Sequence record: MN871451.1 | Strand: one strand, 5' to 3' | Length of the DNA stretch: 64,000 nt | The notes under the pieces: model-generated | Databases searched by the model: none | What the model saw: the letters and a program-made list of their open reading frames with translations, nothing else | What the model was told of the DNA's origin: nothing | Part shown: piece by piece, positions 19,947 through 29,770 of the stretch | Numbering within the stretch: position 1 is the first letter of the stretch | Layout: each line of letters starts with the position of its first letter | Position numbers and translations under genes: made by a program

Positions 19947-21848
19947 ATGGCCTTACGTGATGACGATCACAACAAAAACAAAGCAGAAGAAGCAGCAGTA
20001 GAAACTGGTGCGCAGGAAACTTCTCGCGACGAAGGTCGCCAGGAAGAATCCTCTGCACGCCGCCGTTCCTTTTACACCCGTTCCAACGAAAATGATTCCC
20101 GTCAGGAGAAAAAAGTGACTTCATCCTATAACTTCCGTAAAGATGCGCCAGTACTGTCCCTGAACTCTGCGGCAGGCGACGTAGCCAAATTCGTCGAACT
20201 GACCAAAGAAATCCAGAAACAGCACAGCGCCGCGATCAGCCTGAACGGTGTCCTGGAATGGACGGTAACGCCGGCAACAGGCAAAGATACCCAAATGAAA
20301 CTGGACGCTGCGGTCATCGCTGCCCGTCTGAAAGACAACGGCATGATCTTCGCGTCTACCGTGATCTTCGTGGGTAACACCGTGATGCCGAAACAGGCCG
20401 TGCAGGTTGGTCGTGACCACACCGTGCGTTTCACCACCACCGCAAACGACCAGTACGAAGCGATCGGCTATAAAGAGTCCCTGGACGATCTGATTGCCCT
20501 GTCCAACCCGGCATTCACCGGCCAGGTTCAGCATCTGGCGGCGTCCCCGATCTTCCTGGACAAACCGACCGACGCAGAACTGGAGCGTATCGCTTCTGCC
20601 GTGATCAACCAGATCATCTATTCCGTTAACGCGATCCTGACCACTAACGAGTTCAGCATTGCGGCGCTGGACCTGAAAAATAACGATCTGCTGGCGAACA
20701 TCGCGTTCCATCAAGGTGACGTTGCTGACGACATCACCGAAATGCCGCATCGCGCCGATATCGTTGTTGATCTGATGGTGGCGCCGCGTGACGAACGTCG
20801 TGGCGGTATTGTTAACGTATTGTCCGAGCGTGAGTCCACTCAGCTGGCCGGTCTGATCTCCCACGTCGACCTGTATTACAAAGGCGAAGAAGAGCAGTCC
20901 AACAGTTTCTTTGCACTGCGCAAAAAGAAAGCGGAAGACTTCGATACCCGTATCTACGGTATCGCTCTGGTGATCAGCGATCTGAAATGCGTGGCGATTC
21001 CTGAATACCTGATGTTCTCTCTGGCACAGGTATCTGCACTGATGACTGAACCGGCTCTGATTCAGGGTCTGCGTCCGCTGAACACCAAAGGCGCGCTGCG
21101 TACCGCTGAAGCTCTGACCTATGAACTGAAAGGCGAGTTTGAAAAACTCCCGGAAGTTCTGAACGACGACGAATGGGCTGGCCTGGTGGCTAACGTTGTT
21201 CGTGAGAACAGCCAGATCGTTCAGATCCAGATCCCGCGTTCTTCCATCAACACCCCGCTGCTGCAGCTGCTGGTTGATGCGTGCGACGAAACGAACCCGA
21301 ACCGTAAAGAAGCTGTTGACGTGCTGATCGAAGCCGCCGACAACATCTCCGGCGATCGTTTCTCTACCATCATGAACACCTCAGATCTGTACGACGTGGG
21401 TATCATCCGCGACATGCCGCAACTGCTGGGCACCTGGATCGACGAACAGGGTCATAAACGTGACCTGCGTGAAATCGGTTACTACGAAATTCTGACCAAC
21501 TTCGGTCTGAAATCTCCGCAGGTGGTTGCCGATTACGATCGTTGCCTGAACGACGATTCGATCGATCTGCAAGTCCGTATGGACCAGATGGAAAAAATCA
21601 TCGAAGACTACACCGGCGGTCAGTATCAGATCACCGACCGTGCAGACGTCATCGAAGTGAACGCCAACTGGCTGTTCGGCCTGACCCGCGCACTGTCTGC
21701 AGCAGGCATGGTGGTTACCGCTGATGGTATTACTCAGGATGGCCGTACCAGCCGTCGTGGTTATACCTCTCGTTACGAATCCAACGGCTATGACGGTGCA
21801 GGTTTCCGTTCTCGTGCCCGTTCTTCTTACGGTTTCGGCGGTCGTTAA
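19947..21848 (+). CDS. chmA: Chimallin, major phage nuclear shell protein
   Basis: 633 aa; lies directly upstream of the nvRNAP beta'-N gene as in phiKZ gp54/gp55; very strong high-expression codon bias; disordered N-terminus and R/G/Y/S-rich C-terminal tail; phuZ nearby. Confidence 0.85.
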   Translation: MALRDDDHNKNKAEEAAVETGAQETSRDEGRQEESSARRRSFYTRSNENDSRQEKKVTSSYNFRKDAPVLSLNSAAGDVAKFVELTKEIQKQHSAAISLNGVLEWTVTPATGKDTQMKLDAAVIAARLKDNGMIFASTVIFVGNTVMPKQAVQVGRDHTVRFTTTANDQYEAIGYKESLDDLIALSNPAFTGQVQHLAASPIFLDKPTDAELERIASAVINQIIYSVNAILTTNEFSIAALDLKNNDLLANIAFHQGDVADDITEMPHRADIVVDLMVAPRDERRGGIVNVLSERESTQLAGLISHVDLYYKGEEEQSNSFFALRKKKAEDFDTRIYGIALVISDLKCVAIPEYLMFSLAQVSALMTEPALIQGLRPLNTKGALRTAEALTYELKGEFEKLPEVLNDDEWAGLVANVVRENSQIVQIQIPRSSINTPLLQLLVDACDETNPNRKEAVDVLIEAADNISGDRFSTIMNTSDLYDVGIIRDMPQLLGTWIDEQGHKRDLREIGYYEILTNFGLKSPQVVADYDRCLNDDSIDLQVRMDQMEKIIEDYTGGQYQITDRADVIEVNANWLFGLTRALSAAGMVVTADGITQDGRTSRRGYTSRYESNGYDGAGFRSRARSSYGFGGR

Positions 21849-21869
21849 TTCGTAGTTTGGTAATACTCT

Positions 21870-21902
21870 AAAAAGAAAGGACTTCGGTCCTTTCTTTTTT
21901 TG
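21870..21902 (+). terminator. Intrinsic terminator after chmA
   Basis: AAAAGAAAGGAC-TTCG-GTCCTTTCTTTTTT. Confidence 0.9.
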
Positions 21903-21931
21903 TCTTGACTTTTAATGCTTAGAGGGGAATC

Positions 21932-23386
21932 ATGGGCATTTATTACGCGTTACCTGACTACGACAAAGACATACAACGGCTCAAACGTCCTCCTATTATT
22001 CTCAATGAAATTCGTTCCGACGAATATGAACTCATTGACCCTGTCCGTGAATTAACCATGACAGAGTATGAAGGCGACGTGATCGATACGTTACCCTCGT
22101 GTGAATGTGGGATGACCACTGGTCGTTATAATACCTCAACCAAACCTGGCACCGCCAATACCGTGTGTCCGTATTGTGACACTGAAGTGATGTCACCGAT
22201 TGACCGAGGTTTTGAGTCCAGTGTTTGGATGAAAGTCCCTCATGGCGTTAGAGCCTTTATACGCGTTAATGCGCTCGATATGTTAATGCGGGCTTTTAAG
22301 CAAGACGATTTTAGTGCGATAGAATGGCTCTGTAATACGCGGTATGAGCCTAAGAATCGCAACAGCATAGTCTATGAACGATTCAAGAAGTTAGGGATAC
22401 CAAGAGGGTATAACCACTTCATTGATCACTTCGACGAAATTCTGGAATTACTGATGACGGCCCCTGTCTTCAAACCCGACCAGAAGCGAACCGAAGTTTA
22501 TGACTTCATGCGCAACAATCGTCATCTCCTCTTTTCGCAATATATCCCGTTACCCAGTCGGCGTAGTATCATTACAGAACTCTCAAACAAAACGCGCTTT
22601 TGCGCGGAGGGCTATGTCAATGTGGTTGACGCAGCAAGGGCCATTTACGGGCTTGTTGGGAAAGAGGAACCCCGTTATCAAAACACCCGTGAGCATAATA
22701 CGTTTAAAGCATTAACAATGCTGATTGCGTATCGTGAGTTTGTCGATAAGAATGTTTTGGGTTCGAAACCTGGTTGGTATCGTAAACAGATCTTCGGTTC
22801 TCGTACAGGACCGACTTATCGTGGCGTGGTGAGTTCGTTGTCCGGTGCACATGACTACGAAGAAATGCACATGCCTTGGGGTATGGGTATAACCTTGTAT
22901 CATACGCATCTTCTTGGGATGTTAATGCGTGACGGATTAACCTTGGCGCAGAGTGAGCGGTTCATTTTGGATTGTGTAGGGCAATACGACCCGTACATGC
23001 ACGATCTTCTCAATCGTCTGATTGATCGTTCTCCTTACGAAACGCTTCAGGGTAAACGTGGCTTACCGCAGATCTTGGGTCGTAACCCGACCTTAAACCT
23101 GCGTTCAGTACAGTCTCTGTTCGTTACACGCTTCAAGACAGACCCTCACGACAATACCATCGGTCTAAGCTTACTCGTGCTCCGAGCCCCCAACTGCGAT
23201 TTCGACGGGGACCAGCTCGCGGGAATGCCTATTCTTTCACGTGAGGACTTTATTGCTATACGGAAGCTTTCTCCGCACACGGGGACTTTTGATCTCAATA
23301 AACCTCTGAGTTTGAATAGCAACATGGAGATTGGGAAACCTGTGCGTTCCACAATCAACAATTTCTTATACGGGAGACACTTTTGA
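21932..23386 (+). CDS. Non-virion RNA polymerase beta' N-terminal subunit (phiKZ gp55-like)
   Basis: Zn-binding CECG...CPYC, GKRG, RNPTL, catalytic NCDFDGD; no intron. Confidence 0.92.
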   Translation: MGIYYALPDYDKDIQRLKRPPIILNEIRSDEYELIDPVRELTMTEYEGDVIDTLPSCECGMTTGRYNTSTKPGTANTVCPYCDTEVMSPIDRGFESSVWMKVPHGVRAFIRVNALDMLMRAFKQDDFSAIEWLCNTRYEPKNRNSIVYERFKKLGIPRGYNHFIDHFDEILELLMTAPVFKPDQKRTEVYDFMRNNRHLLFSQYIPLPSRRSIITELSNKTRFCAEGYVNVVDAARAIYGLVGKEEPRYQNTREHNTFKALTMLIAYREFVDKNVLGSKPGWYRKQIFGSRTGPTYRGVVSSLSGAHDYEEMHMPWGMGITLYHTHLLGMLMRDGLTLAQSERFILDCVGQYDPYMHDLLNRLIDRSPYETLQGKRGLPQILGRNPTLNLRSVQSLFVTRFKTDPHDNTIGLSLLVLRAPNCDFDGDQLAGMPILSREDFIAIRKLSPHTGTFDLNKPLSLNSNMEIGKPVRSTINNFLYGRHF

Positions 23387-24003
23387 AAATTGCAATTATC
23401 GATGGCGGTGAGTCTGTTTTTAGGGCAGCGGCCTTCGGTCTTCCCGATCGTGAGGACATTCAGCGCTCTTACGATAGACTGGAGCGTTTTAGTTCCAATC
23501 TGTCTGACCGGGCGAAAGGAATGCTGAACTCGGCGAAGACAATGATTTCATCGCTTTATGATGACACAGTCAGAAGTCAGCTCAAGCGTTTGAACAGCAG
23601 TAAACGCGGTCTCTATCGTGATAACATCATTCAGTTCTTGGACAGTCCTGAGGAAGTGGCCAGTGCACCGCTGAAGATGCGGCGTTGGTTACTCAGTAGT
23701 CCGAGAACCCGTTCACTTTGGGATCGCCAGAGTACGCACGGCTGGGGCTCTAAACGCGACGCCTTTGTGTTTGAGACTACGCCGGAAAACGACCCTTACT
23801 GGAAAGCGATTCGCAACGGAGTCGCAGAGAAAAACAGTAAAGGGGAGTGGTGGGTGGAATACACCTATGGCGCTTGTGATGTTGAGGGTGAAGAACATCT
23901 GACGTTGGAACAGCAGATGGAACTTTGCGCGACCTTTGACGTGATCAATAACGCGATTGATGAAGGCATTGACCCCTTCAGTCCGTTAGGTGAGAAACTG
24001 TAA
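23383..24003 (+). CDS. Conserved core-block protein
   Basis: 206 aa with TTG start overlapping the previous stop. Confidence 0.65.
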   Translation: MKIAIIDGGESVFRAAAFGLPDREDIQRSYDRLERFSSNLSDRAKGMLNSAKTMISSLYDDTVRSQLKRLNSSKRGLYRDNIIQFLDSPEEVASAPLKMRRWLLSSPRTRSLWDRQSTHGWGSKRDAFVFETTPENDPYWKAIRNGVAEKNSKGEWWVEYTYGACDVEGEEHLTLEQQMELCATFDVINNAIDEGIDPFSPLGEKL

Positions 24004-24009
24004 AATAAT

Positions 24010-24040
24010 AAAAGAAAGGGGTTCGCCCCTTTCTTTTTTG
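24010..24040 (+). terminator. Intrinsic terminator
   Basis: AAAAGAAAGGGG-TTCG-CCCCTTTCTTTTTT. Confidence 0.9.
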
Positions 24041-24089
24041 TTTCTGTTCTGTATTTCTGTAGACCAAACTTAATAACTAGGAGTAAAAA

Positions 24090-24488
24090 ATGGCCACTGT
24101 ACACCCCAGTTTAAACGGTCACGGTTATACGAAAAATCCTTTTGTGATTGCCGATGAATTATTCGCTTCCTCTATTTGGGCAAAGGACAGTCAGTCTGAA
24201 CTGTATCACGGTCAAATCATTTCCCTTGACATGATGATACAAAGGTACTCGGATGACCCGAATAGCCTTTGTACGGAAATGACGGAACAATACACTACTT
24301 TATTCAGTACGCATTTTTCCGACGTAAAAGTCCTGGTTACGCCTGAAATCGACGAGACAAAAGATACCTTCGGTGTAATCTTCAAAGTGCGTTTTACGCG
24401 AGAAGGGAAAAGTTACGACTTCTCACGAATTATTGAATATTACAACGGTGTGATTAAAAATGTTTTGGGGGTTTTAAATAATGACTGA
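24090..24488 (+). CDS. Conserved core-block protein
   Basis: 132 aa with GGAG RBS. Confidence 0.7.
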   Translation: MATVHPSLNGHGYTKNPFVIADELFASSIWAKDSQSELYHGQIISLDMMIQRYSDDPNSLCTEMTEQYTTLFSTHFSDVKVLVTPEIDETKDTFGVIFKVRFTREGKSYDFSRIIEYYNGVIKNVLGVLNND

Positions 24489-25038
24489 TGCAACGCCTAA
24501 GTTAACAAGAGAAGACCTGGAACGGGATCTGAGCGACGTTATGCAATATTCCGCAGAGATGATCAGTAAGCTCAGTATGCGGGATTTTGCAGCCAATTGG
24601 GCGCCGCGTTTCTTTAACACCGAACCAGCTGTCCAAACACAAGCGTTAGAGGAATGGGAGCGCCTGATTGCGTTTGGGCGGAATAAACCGGTTTTCCTCT
24701 TCGATGAGGATAGAACGATTAAATGGGTTTTCCCGCCTATTCTCGGCGATTTCCAACCTCGTTACACCGGCGAACATAATTCGTTATTTTCCATCGGGAT
24801 GGAGATAAAAACGGTTATGAATCGGATGCGTAAACAGGGCGAAGCCATGAGCGAGAAAATCTACTCCTCACTCGCGCTTGAAACAGCCGATAAAGAAATG
24901 TGGCAACGTCACCTCCACGAAATCAGGATGCACTGTGGTTATCCTTATCCTGGCCAAACGACAATAACGACAGGTAAAGGGAACGCTGCTCCTGTAACTC
25001 CCTCTTCACTGAGTCAACCGGACGATTATGATTTCTGA
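24481..25038 (+). CDS. Conserved core-block protein
   Basis: 185 aa, coupled to its neighbours. Confidence 0.7.
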   Translation: MTDATPKLTREDLERDLSDVMQYSAEMISKLSMRDFAANWAPRFFNTEPAVQTQALEEWERLIAFGRNKPVFLFDEDRTIKWVFPPILGDFQPRYTGEHNSLFSIGMEIKTVMNRMRKQGEAMSEKIYSSLALETADKEMWQRHLHEIRMHCGYPYPGQTTITTGKGNAAPVTPSSLSQPDDYDF

Positions 25039-26149
25039 CAAAAAACTCACAATAGGTGCTGTCAGCGATATTCACTTCTTCCATAAGCGAACCAAATCCC
25101 CGCGAATGCTTGCGGGGTTAAGGCGACTTTACCCGATGGAAGAAAAACCCGATTTAGACATCCTCACGGTGTCAGGGGATTACTTCGATCATTTGGTCAG
25201 TTTCAATGAGCCCGATATATACTACGCAATTGAAGGTGTTCGTCATCTCTTGCGCTATTGTAAAAAATGGAACATTTTACTCCGTGTATTAGAAGGGACC
25301 AACTCTCATGACCGTCGACAGAATCAGATTTTCGATTTTATCAACGACGGCGAGGGGATTGACGCGCAACTGAAATACGTTGATACGTTGAGTATCGAAT
25401 ATTTTGAGGCGTGGGATATCAACGTACTTTACCTTCCCGATGAATGGACTCATAACGCGGAACTAACGCTCCAGCAGGTTAAGGATTTGATTCATTCTCG
25501 CGGGCTGGAAAAAGTCGATATCGCTATTGTTCATGGGGGCTGTACTTATCAGTTGCCTGGGATTCATTCCCCTGCGTTACACGATGCGGTGAAATGGAGT
25601 GATCTTGTCTCCCTGGTCGTTCTCTCTGGGCATATCCATAACCACAGTCGGTATCTGAAATGGGTCTCTGTAGGCTCATTGGAGCGACTTGGTCATGGGG
25701 AAGAAGAACCTAAAGGTGTGATCGAACTGACGTTCTTAAACGGGAAAGAGGTCGACTTTAAACGCCGGATTAATCAGCAGGCGAAAATATATCGTACGCT
25801 TTCTGCTATCGGTTTAGATTTCCCGGAAATTATCGATCTCATCGACAGGCAGAGTGATCTTCCGAAAGGCTCGGCGATAAGATTAGAATTTATGTCCGAT
25901 GACCCGGTGACGGCGTGGATGGAAATTCTTAAATCTACTTTCCCTGATTATGAACTCAGTGAGATCAGAAGAGGGAAGAAAACCCAAACGGTGGCGGGGA
26001 GCACGTTCACTCAGAAACGTTTTGAGTTTACTCCTATCACGCCGTCAAGTATTCAACCTCTGTTCAAACAGCGCTGGGAGAACGAACAAATCCCGGCAAG
26101 TAAAATTGAAAAGACGCTTTCGTTATTGAATGAATTAATTGAGGAATAA
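25028..26149 (+). CDS. sbcD: SbcD/Mre11-like metallophosphoesterase nuclease
   Basis: SDIH, GDYFD, GTNSHD, HGG and GHIH calcineurin-like motifs. Confidence 0.85.
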   Translation: MISDKKLTIGAVSDIHFFHKRTKSPRMLAGLRRLYPMEEKPDLDILTVSGDYFDHLVSFNEPDIYYAIEGVRHLLRYCKKWNILLRVLEGTNSHDRRQNQIFDFINDGEGIDAQLKYVDTLSIEYFEAWDINVLYLPDEWTHNAELTLQQVKDLIHSRGLEKVDIAIVHGGCTYQLPGIHSPALHDAVKWSDLVSLVVLSGHIHNHSRYLKWVSVGSLERLGHGEEEPKGVIELTFLNGKEVDFKRRINQQAKIYRTLSAIGLDFPEIIDLIDRQSDLPKGSAIRLEFMSDDPVTAWMEILKSTFPDYELSEIRRGKKTQTVAGSTFTQKRFEFTPITPSSIQPLFKQRWENEQIPASKIEKTLSLLNELIEE

Positions 26150-26375
26150 GATGGATAAGCCGGCGACGAACATTATTCTGGAGATTATTGCGGCATCAGG
26201 ATTTTGGTTTTTATTTTGGTTTATGTCCTCTTTCGCCAGTCTCTTTCACCCTAATGACTACAACGTTCCCGCTCATGCGACATTAGCGTTGTTCGCATTG
26301 ATTTTGGCCCGGGTCATCTATGCGATTTTAAGCTCGGTGACCAAAAGTAAGAACGTCGACCAAGGAGCAGAATGA
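26139..26375 (+). CDS. Small membrane protein
   Basis: Two hydrophobic segments; start may be ATG 26151. Confidence 0.6.
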   Translation: MRNKMDKPATNIILEIIAASGFWFLFWFMSSFASLFHPNDYNVPAHATLALFALILARVIYAILSSVTKSKNVDQGAE

Positions 26376-27217
26376 ATATCTACGACATCCTTGCGAGAAG
26401 AGCGGTAGGGGAACTACCGCTCAGCATCGGTACCAGTTTGGCTATGGAGACCCTTGAACCAAACAAACGTTACGGAGGGCTCTGGATCAACACACGGACG
26501 CTTTATCGTAACATCTACGATGCGTTAGACGGTGAAGACAGAAAAGCGCTTGTAGGGTCTCTGATGCAGGATAAAAGCCAGCGTAATAATCAGGTGGTGG
26601 TCGCAGCATTTGCCGATACCCTCGAAGAAGAGCTCCATCAAATTCTTCAGTACGGGCAAGGGAAACTTGACAAAGTTACCTTATATCACCGTGAATACGC
26701 CAACTTGTTACGAGACTATCGTCACGCGATTTTGTTTAACCCGAAGACTCCGCTTCAGAAAACGTTTCGTCATTTAATGGACAATGTTATCGATGAGGTT
26801 TTACGTCGACCTATCGGACGCTATGTCGACTTTGATAAAGGCTCTCAATTAAAAGGGGAACCCATCAAAGCTCTGATCATGACTCATTACTCCATTGACT
26901 TACTTTCCCGTACTGAGTTTACGCAATTACGTTTGATTGAATCGTATTCAGGTGCGATCAAATCGAAGAGTCAGTGGAACACCAAATTGACGGATGGAAA
27001 GCTCTACCCGAGGATTCCGTTTAACGCGTTCACGATTCAGGTCTTCGGTGACCGAAATATTCTTTTTATGCGTTACCCCAAACCGGTGAGGGAGGCTGTT
27101 CTTGAATTGTCAGAACGTTTCAAATGGACAACGATGACAACGATGGACAAAATAAGGCTCAACCTGAACTGGATGAACGACCGCTACACTGCTGAGATGC
27201 TAAAAAGACTTTTCTAA
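26372..27217 (+). CDS. Conserved chimallivirus protein, possible flap/5'-3' exonuclease-like fold
   Basis: 281 aa; WINTRTLYRN, THYSIDLL and FGD segments; core-block synteny; function tentative. Confidence 0.45.
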   Translation: MNIYDILARRAVGELPLSIGTSLAMETLEPNKRYGGLWINTRTLYRNIYDALDGEDRKALVGSLMQDKSQRNNQVVVAAFADTLEEELHQILQYGQGKLDKVTLYHREYANLLRDYRHAILFNPKTPLQKTFRHLMDNVIDEVLRRPIGRYVDFDKGSQLKGEPIKALIMTHYSIDLLSRTEFTQLRLIESYSGAIKSKSQWNTKLTDGKLYPRIPFNAFTIQVFGDRNILFMRYPKPVREAVLELSERFKWTTMTTMDKIRLNLNWMNDRYTAEMLKRLF

Positions 27218-27287
27218 GAGTCTCAGTTTTTACGCGAGGGTGAGTTAATACGATACCCTTTTCTTAACCGTGAAATTAAGGCTAGTT

Positions 27288-28106
27288 ATGGCTAACAACA
27301 ATACATTTGATCTCGGACGTCCTCTTCGCGCGATGGATGCTTGGGACTGCCGTTTGAGCGCGCCCGCAACACAAAGCAGTGACGGTAAAGAGCCGTTTCT
27401 GTTCGTCGATTTCCGTTACCACAAAGTTGACGGTAATCACGTTAAAGTCCGTGATATCAAAATGGGCGTGAACCTGCGTAAACAAGGTCGTGACGGGAAA
27501 ATCGATTTCTACCCTTCGTTGACGCAGTTCAGAATGATCACAATAGCAATCGAAGACATTGCTTCGGGTCGCGCGCTGGATGAGAATGGGCAGCCGCTTT
27601 CGATCGTTAAACTTGAAAGCATGACTACTTTCATGTTCGGCAAAAAGCTCGATCGCCCTGAAACCGAAGTCATGGTTGTTGTAGGTAAAGACCAGGAAGG
27701 CGTTTTCATTGGTCTGATGATGAAAGGGCGCGATAACGTGAAGTTCTACTTCACTCCGCCGAAGATGACGCAGCTGCGTCTTTCTTCCGGTGAAGTCCTG
27801 ACTAACGGTTATGTTTCCTCTCTGGCGGCCCGTGCTCGTGCAGACATCTGGTGGGATCACGTTAACAGCATTCTGAAAGCGGGTTATATGTCTGACCAAG
27901 AAGTTCAAGAAGCGAAAGACCGTAACCGTCAGCAGAACCAGCAGAACTTTGCTAAACGTCAAGGCGGTAACGGCGGGGGGAACTGGAACAACAATTCCGG
28001 TGGTGGTAACGGCGGTAATAGTTGGGGTGGCGGCAACCAAGCGTCTTCTCAACCTGCAGCACCTGCGGCGCCGCAAGGCACTTTTGATAACGACGTTCCT
28101 TGGTAA
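27288..28106 (+). CDS. chmC: ChmC-like nucleic-acid-binding protein (phiKZ gp67 position)
   Basis: Directly upstream of the gp68-like gene; Q/N/G-rich low-complexity C-terminus ending DNDVPW; strong codon bias. Confidence 0.65.
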   Translation: MANNNTFDLGRPLRAMDAWDCRLSAPATQSSDGKEPFLFVDFRYHKVDGNHVKVRDIKMGVNLRKQGRDGKIDFYPSLTQFRMITIAIEDIASGRALDENGQPLSIVKLESMTTFMFGKKLDRPETEVMVVVGKDQEGVFIGLMMKGRDNVKFYFTPPKMTQLRLSSGEVLTNGYVSSLAARARADIWWDHVNSILKAGYMSDQEVQEAKDRNRQQNQQNFAKRQGGNGGGNWNNNSGGGNGGNSWGGGNQASSQPAAPAAPQGTFDNDVPW

Positions 28107-28160
28107 CAGGAATACCCGAGCGAGTCGTGAGACTCGCTCGGTTCCATTTGTTTTCGTGCA

Positions 28161-28176
28161 TATATTACTCTATTGA
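28161..28176 (+). promoter_or_regulatory. Putative early promoter
   Basis: TATATTAC-TC-TATTGA. Confidence 0.7.
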
Positions 28177-28200
28177 TAGCCGTAAACCCGAGGAAAAACC

Positions 28201-29742
28201 ATGCAATTTTATTTTGATGAAAGTTTAGGTGGTCGAGCAAAAACACGTGTACTCTGTATGAGTCACGGGGAATACGACACGCTCTTTTGGGAGATGAAGA
28301 AATTAACCTGGAACGAAACAACGTTTCGTGACATTAATCGATTCTTCTCTTATCTCGAAGAAGACATTCAGGAAAAGGTCTTCTTAGTTTATCGTAATAT
28401 TCGTGATAAACTGGACAATGCGTACGAATTCAATACCACGAGTAAAATGGTCAACGAGGACATCATTGAACTTTATCAGTTCTTGCCGTTAGCCTTGATC
28501 GATCACTGGATGCGTCACTACAGCGATATCCGTTTACCCCCAGATTTGAAAACGTCTTTGCTGGAAGATGATCGTCCAGAGCAAACGTATCTGGAACCGG
28601 ATTATCGTCAACTGACCGTGATGTCGATTGCTCTGAAAGCAATGGTGCCGATCTGGAGTGAGTTCTTGGCGTTGGAATCCGCAATGGCAGAATCCAACAA
28701 AGAGATCTACGCGCAACAGCTTTTACGTCGAACTGAAATCTATGAATCACAGGCGATGGAACGTTTCCGTGAGTTCGTAGATGCGGTGGTTTCGGGGACG
28801 ACACCGGGGATGAAGAATATCATCTTTGGGATCGGTTCAGCGGATATTCCCGAATGGATGTTGGCGTATCTCGTGGTGAGTCGGTTGTCAGTGATTCAGT
28901 TGAGTCATGATGATGACGATGATCAAGTCGAAACCGTTAACCTGATCAGTAAGATGTGGAGCGCGATCAAAACGCAGCTTCCAAGTGACGGCGGACGGAG
29001 CGGCAAAGATGACGTCAGACCAAAAACCATGGTCAAAGACTCAGGCGGGGAAGAAGATAACCTGTCTACGGCGGAAAGTTATAAAGTCAGGGAAAGTATT
29101 TCTGACGGCGAACGTATCGCGTTTGACTATTGGGCGAAAGAACTGCGGGCGAAAGCCAGTCGTATTCTCGGTGATGACTACGACCAAGCGTTACTTTTCT
29201 CGGTGATTGCGCGTAATAAGTCCAGGAAGTTTTTCAACCCGAACGAAGCGCAACTGAAGTTGGTAGCGGTGACGTTACATCAACAGGTTGTTACGCGTTC
29301 TATTCCGCATACGGAGCGCAGCGGAGCGATTGATCTGATCTCTATTGCGCAGGTCTATCTTTATCAAAACGGGTTCGCGGCGCTGGCGGACTTGATTGGT
29401 GCTACGCAGAAAGAAAGAATCCAAAATATCTTCAATGCAGGACAAATCAAAGAGGAGCAACTGAATGTCTTCAATGAAATTTATCCATATCGACGCTATT
29501 CAACTTTAGGGTCTGCCCGCTCTAAAGCCATGCTAAAAACTCCCGGCGAAATCGCCGTTAACGCCTTCTATAATGAATTTGCGAACAACTATTGGCAACG
29601 CGATGTCGTTGCTGAGATTGCAAACGAAAGTACGATGATTGAAGATAATCATCGCGGATTAATGGTACCGCCTAACTTTAAACAGTTACTGGCTGAGTTC
29701 ATTATCTTCATTAAGACGCGTTCTACCATTGCTAAACCTTAA
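28201..29742 (+). CDS. Non-virion RNA polymerase fifth (sigma-like) subunit, phiKZ gp68-like
   Basis: 513 aa, largely helical; position three genes upstream of the beta-C gene region; synteny-based. Confidence 0.65.
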   Translation: MQFYFDESLGGRAKTRVLCMSHGEYDTLFWEMKKLTWNETTFRDINRFFSYLEEDIQEKVFLVYRNIRDKLDNAYEFNTTSKMVNEDIIELYQFLPLALIDHWMRHYSDIRLPPDLKTSLLEDDRPEQTYLEPDYRQLTVMSIALKAMVPIWSEFLALESAMAESNKEIYAQQLLRRTEIYESQAMERFREFVDAVVSGTTPGMKNIIFGIGSADIPEWMLAYLVVSRLSVIQLSHDDDDDQVETVNLISKMWSAIKTQLPSDGGRSGKDDVRPKTMVKDSGGEEDNLSTAESYKVRESISDGERIAFDYWAKELRAKASRILGDDYDQALLFSVIARNKSRKFFNPNEAQLKLVAVTLHQQVVTRSIPHTERSGAIDLISIAQVYLYQNGFAALADLIGATQKERIQNIFNAGQIKEEQLNVFNEIYPYRRYSTLGSARSKAMLKTPGEIAVNAFYNEFANNYWQRDVVAEIANESTMIEDNHRGLMVPPNFKQLLAEFIIFIKTRSTIAKP

Positions 29743-29770
29743 TACCAAACTACCGAAAAGGAACCTGTAA

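Noticed and set aside
20121-20864. 247-aa antisense ORF inside chmA
   Set aside because: Shadow of strong codon bias on the sense strand; no RBS or recognisable motifs.
27282-28076. 264-aa antisense ORF over the ChmC-like gene
   Set aside because: Same codon-bias shadow effect; its low complexity mirrors the G/N tail.
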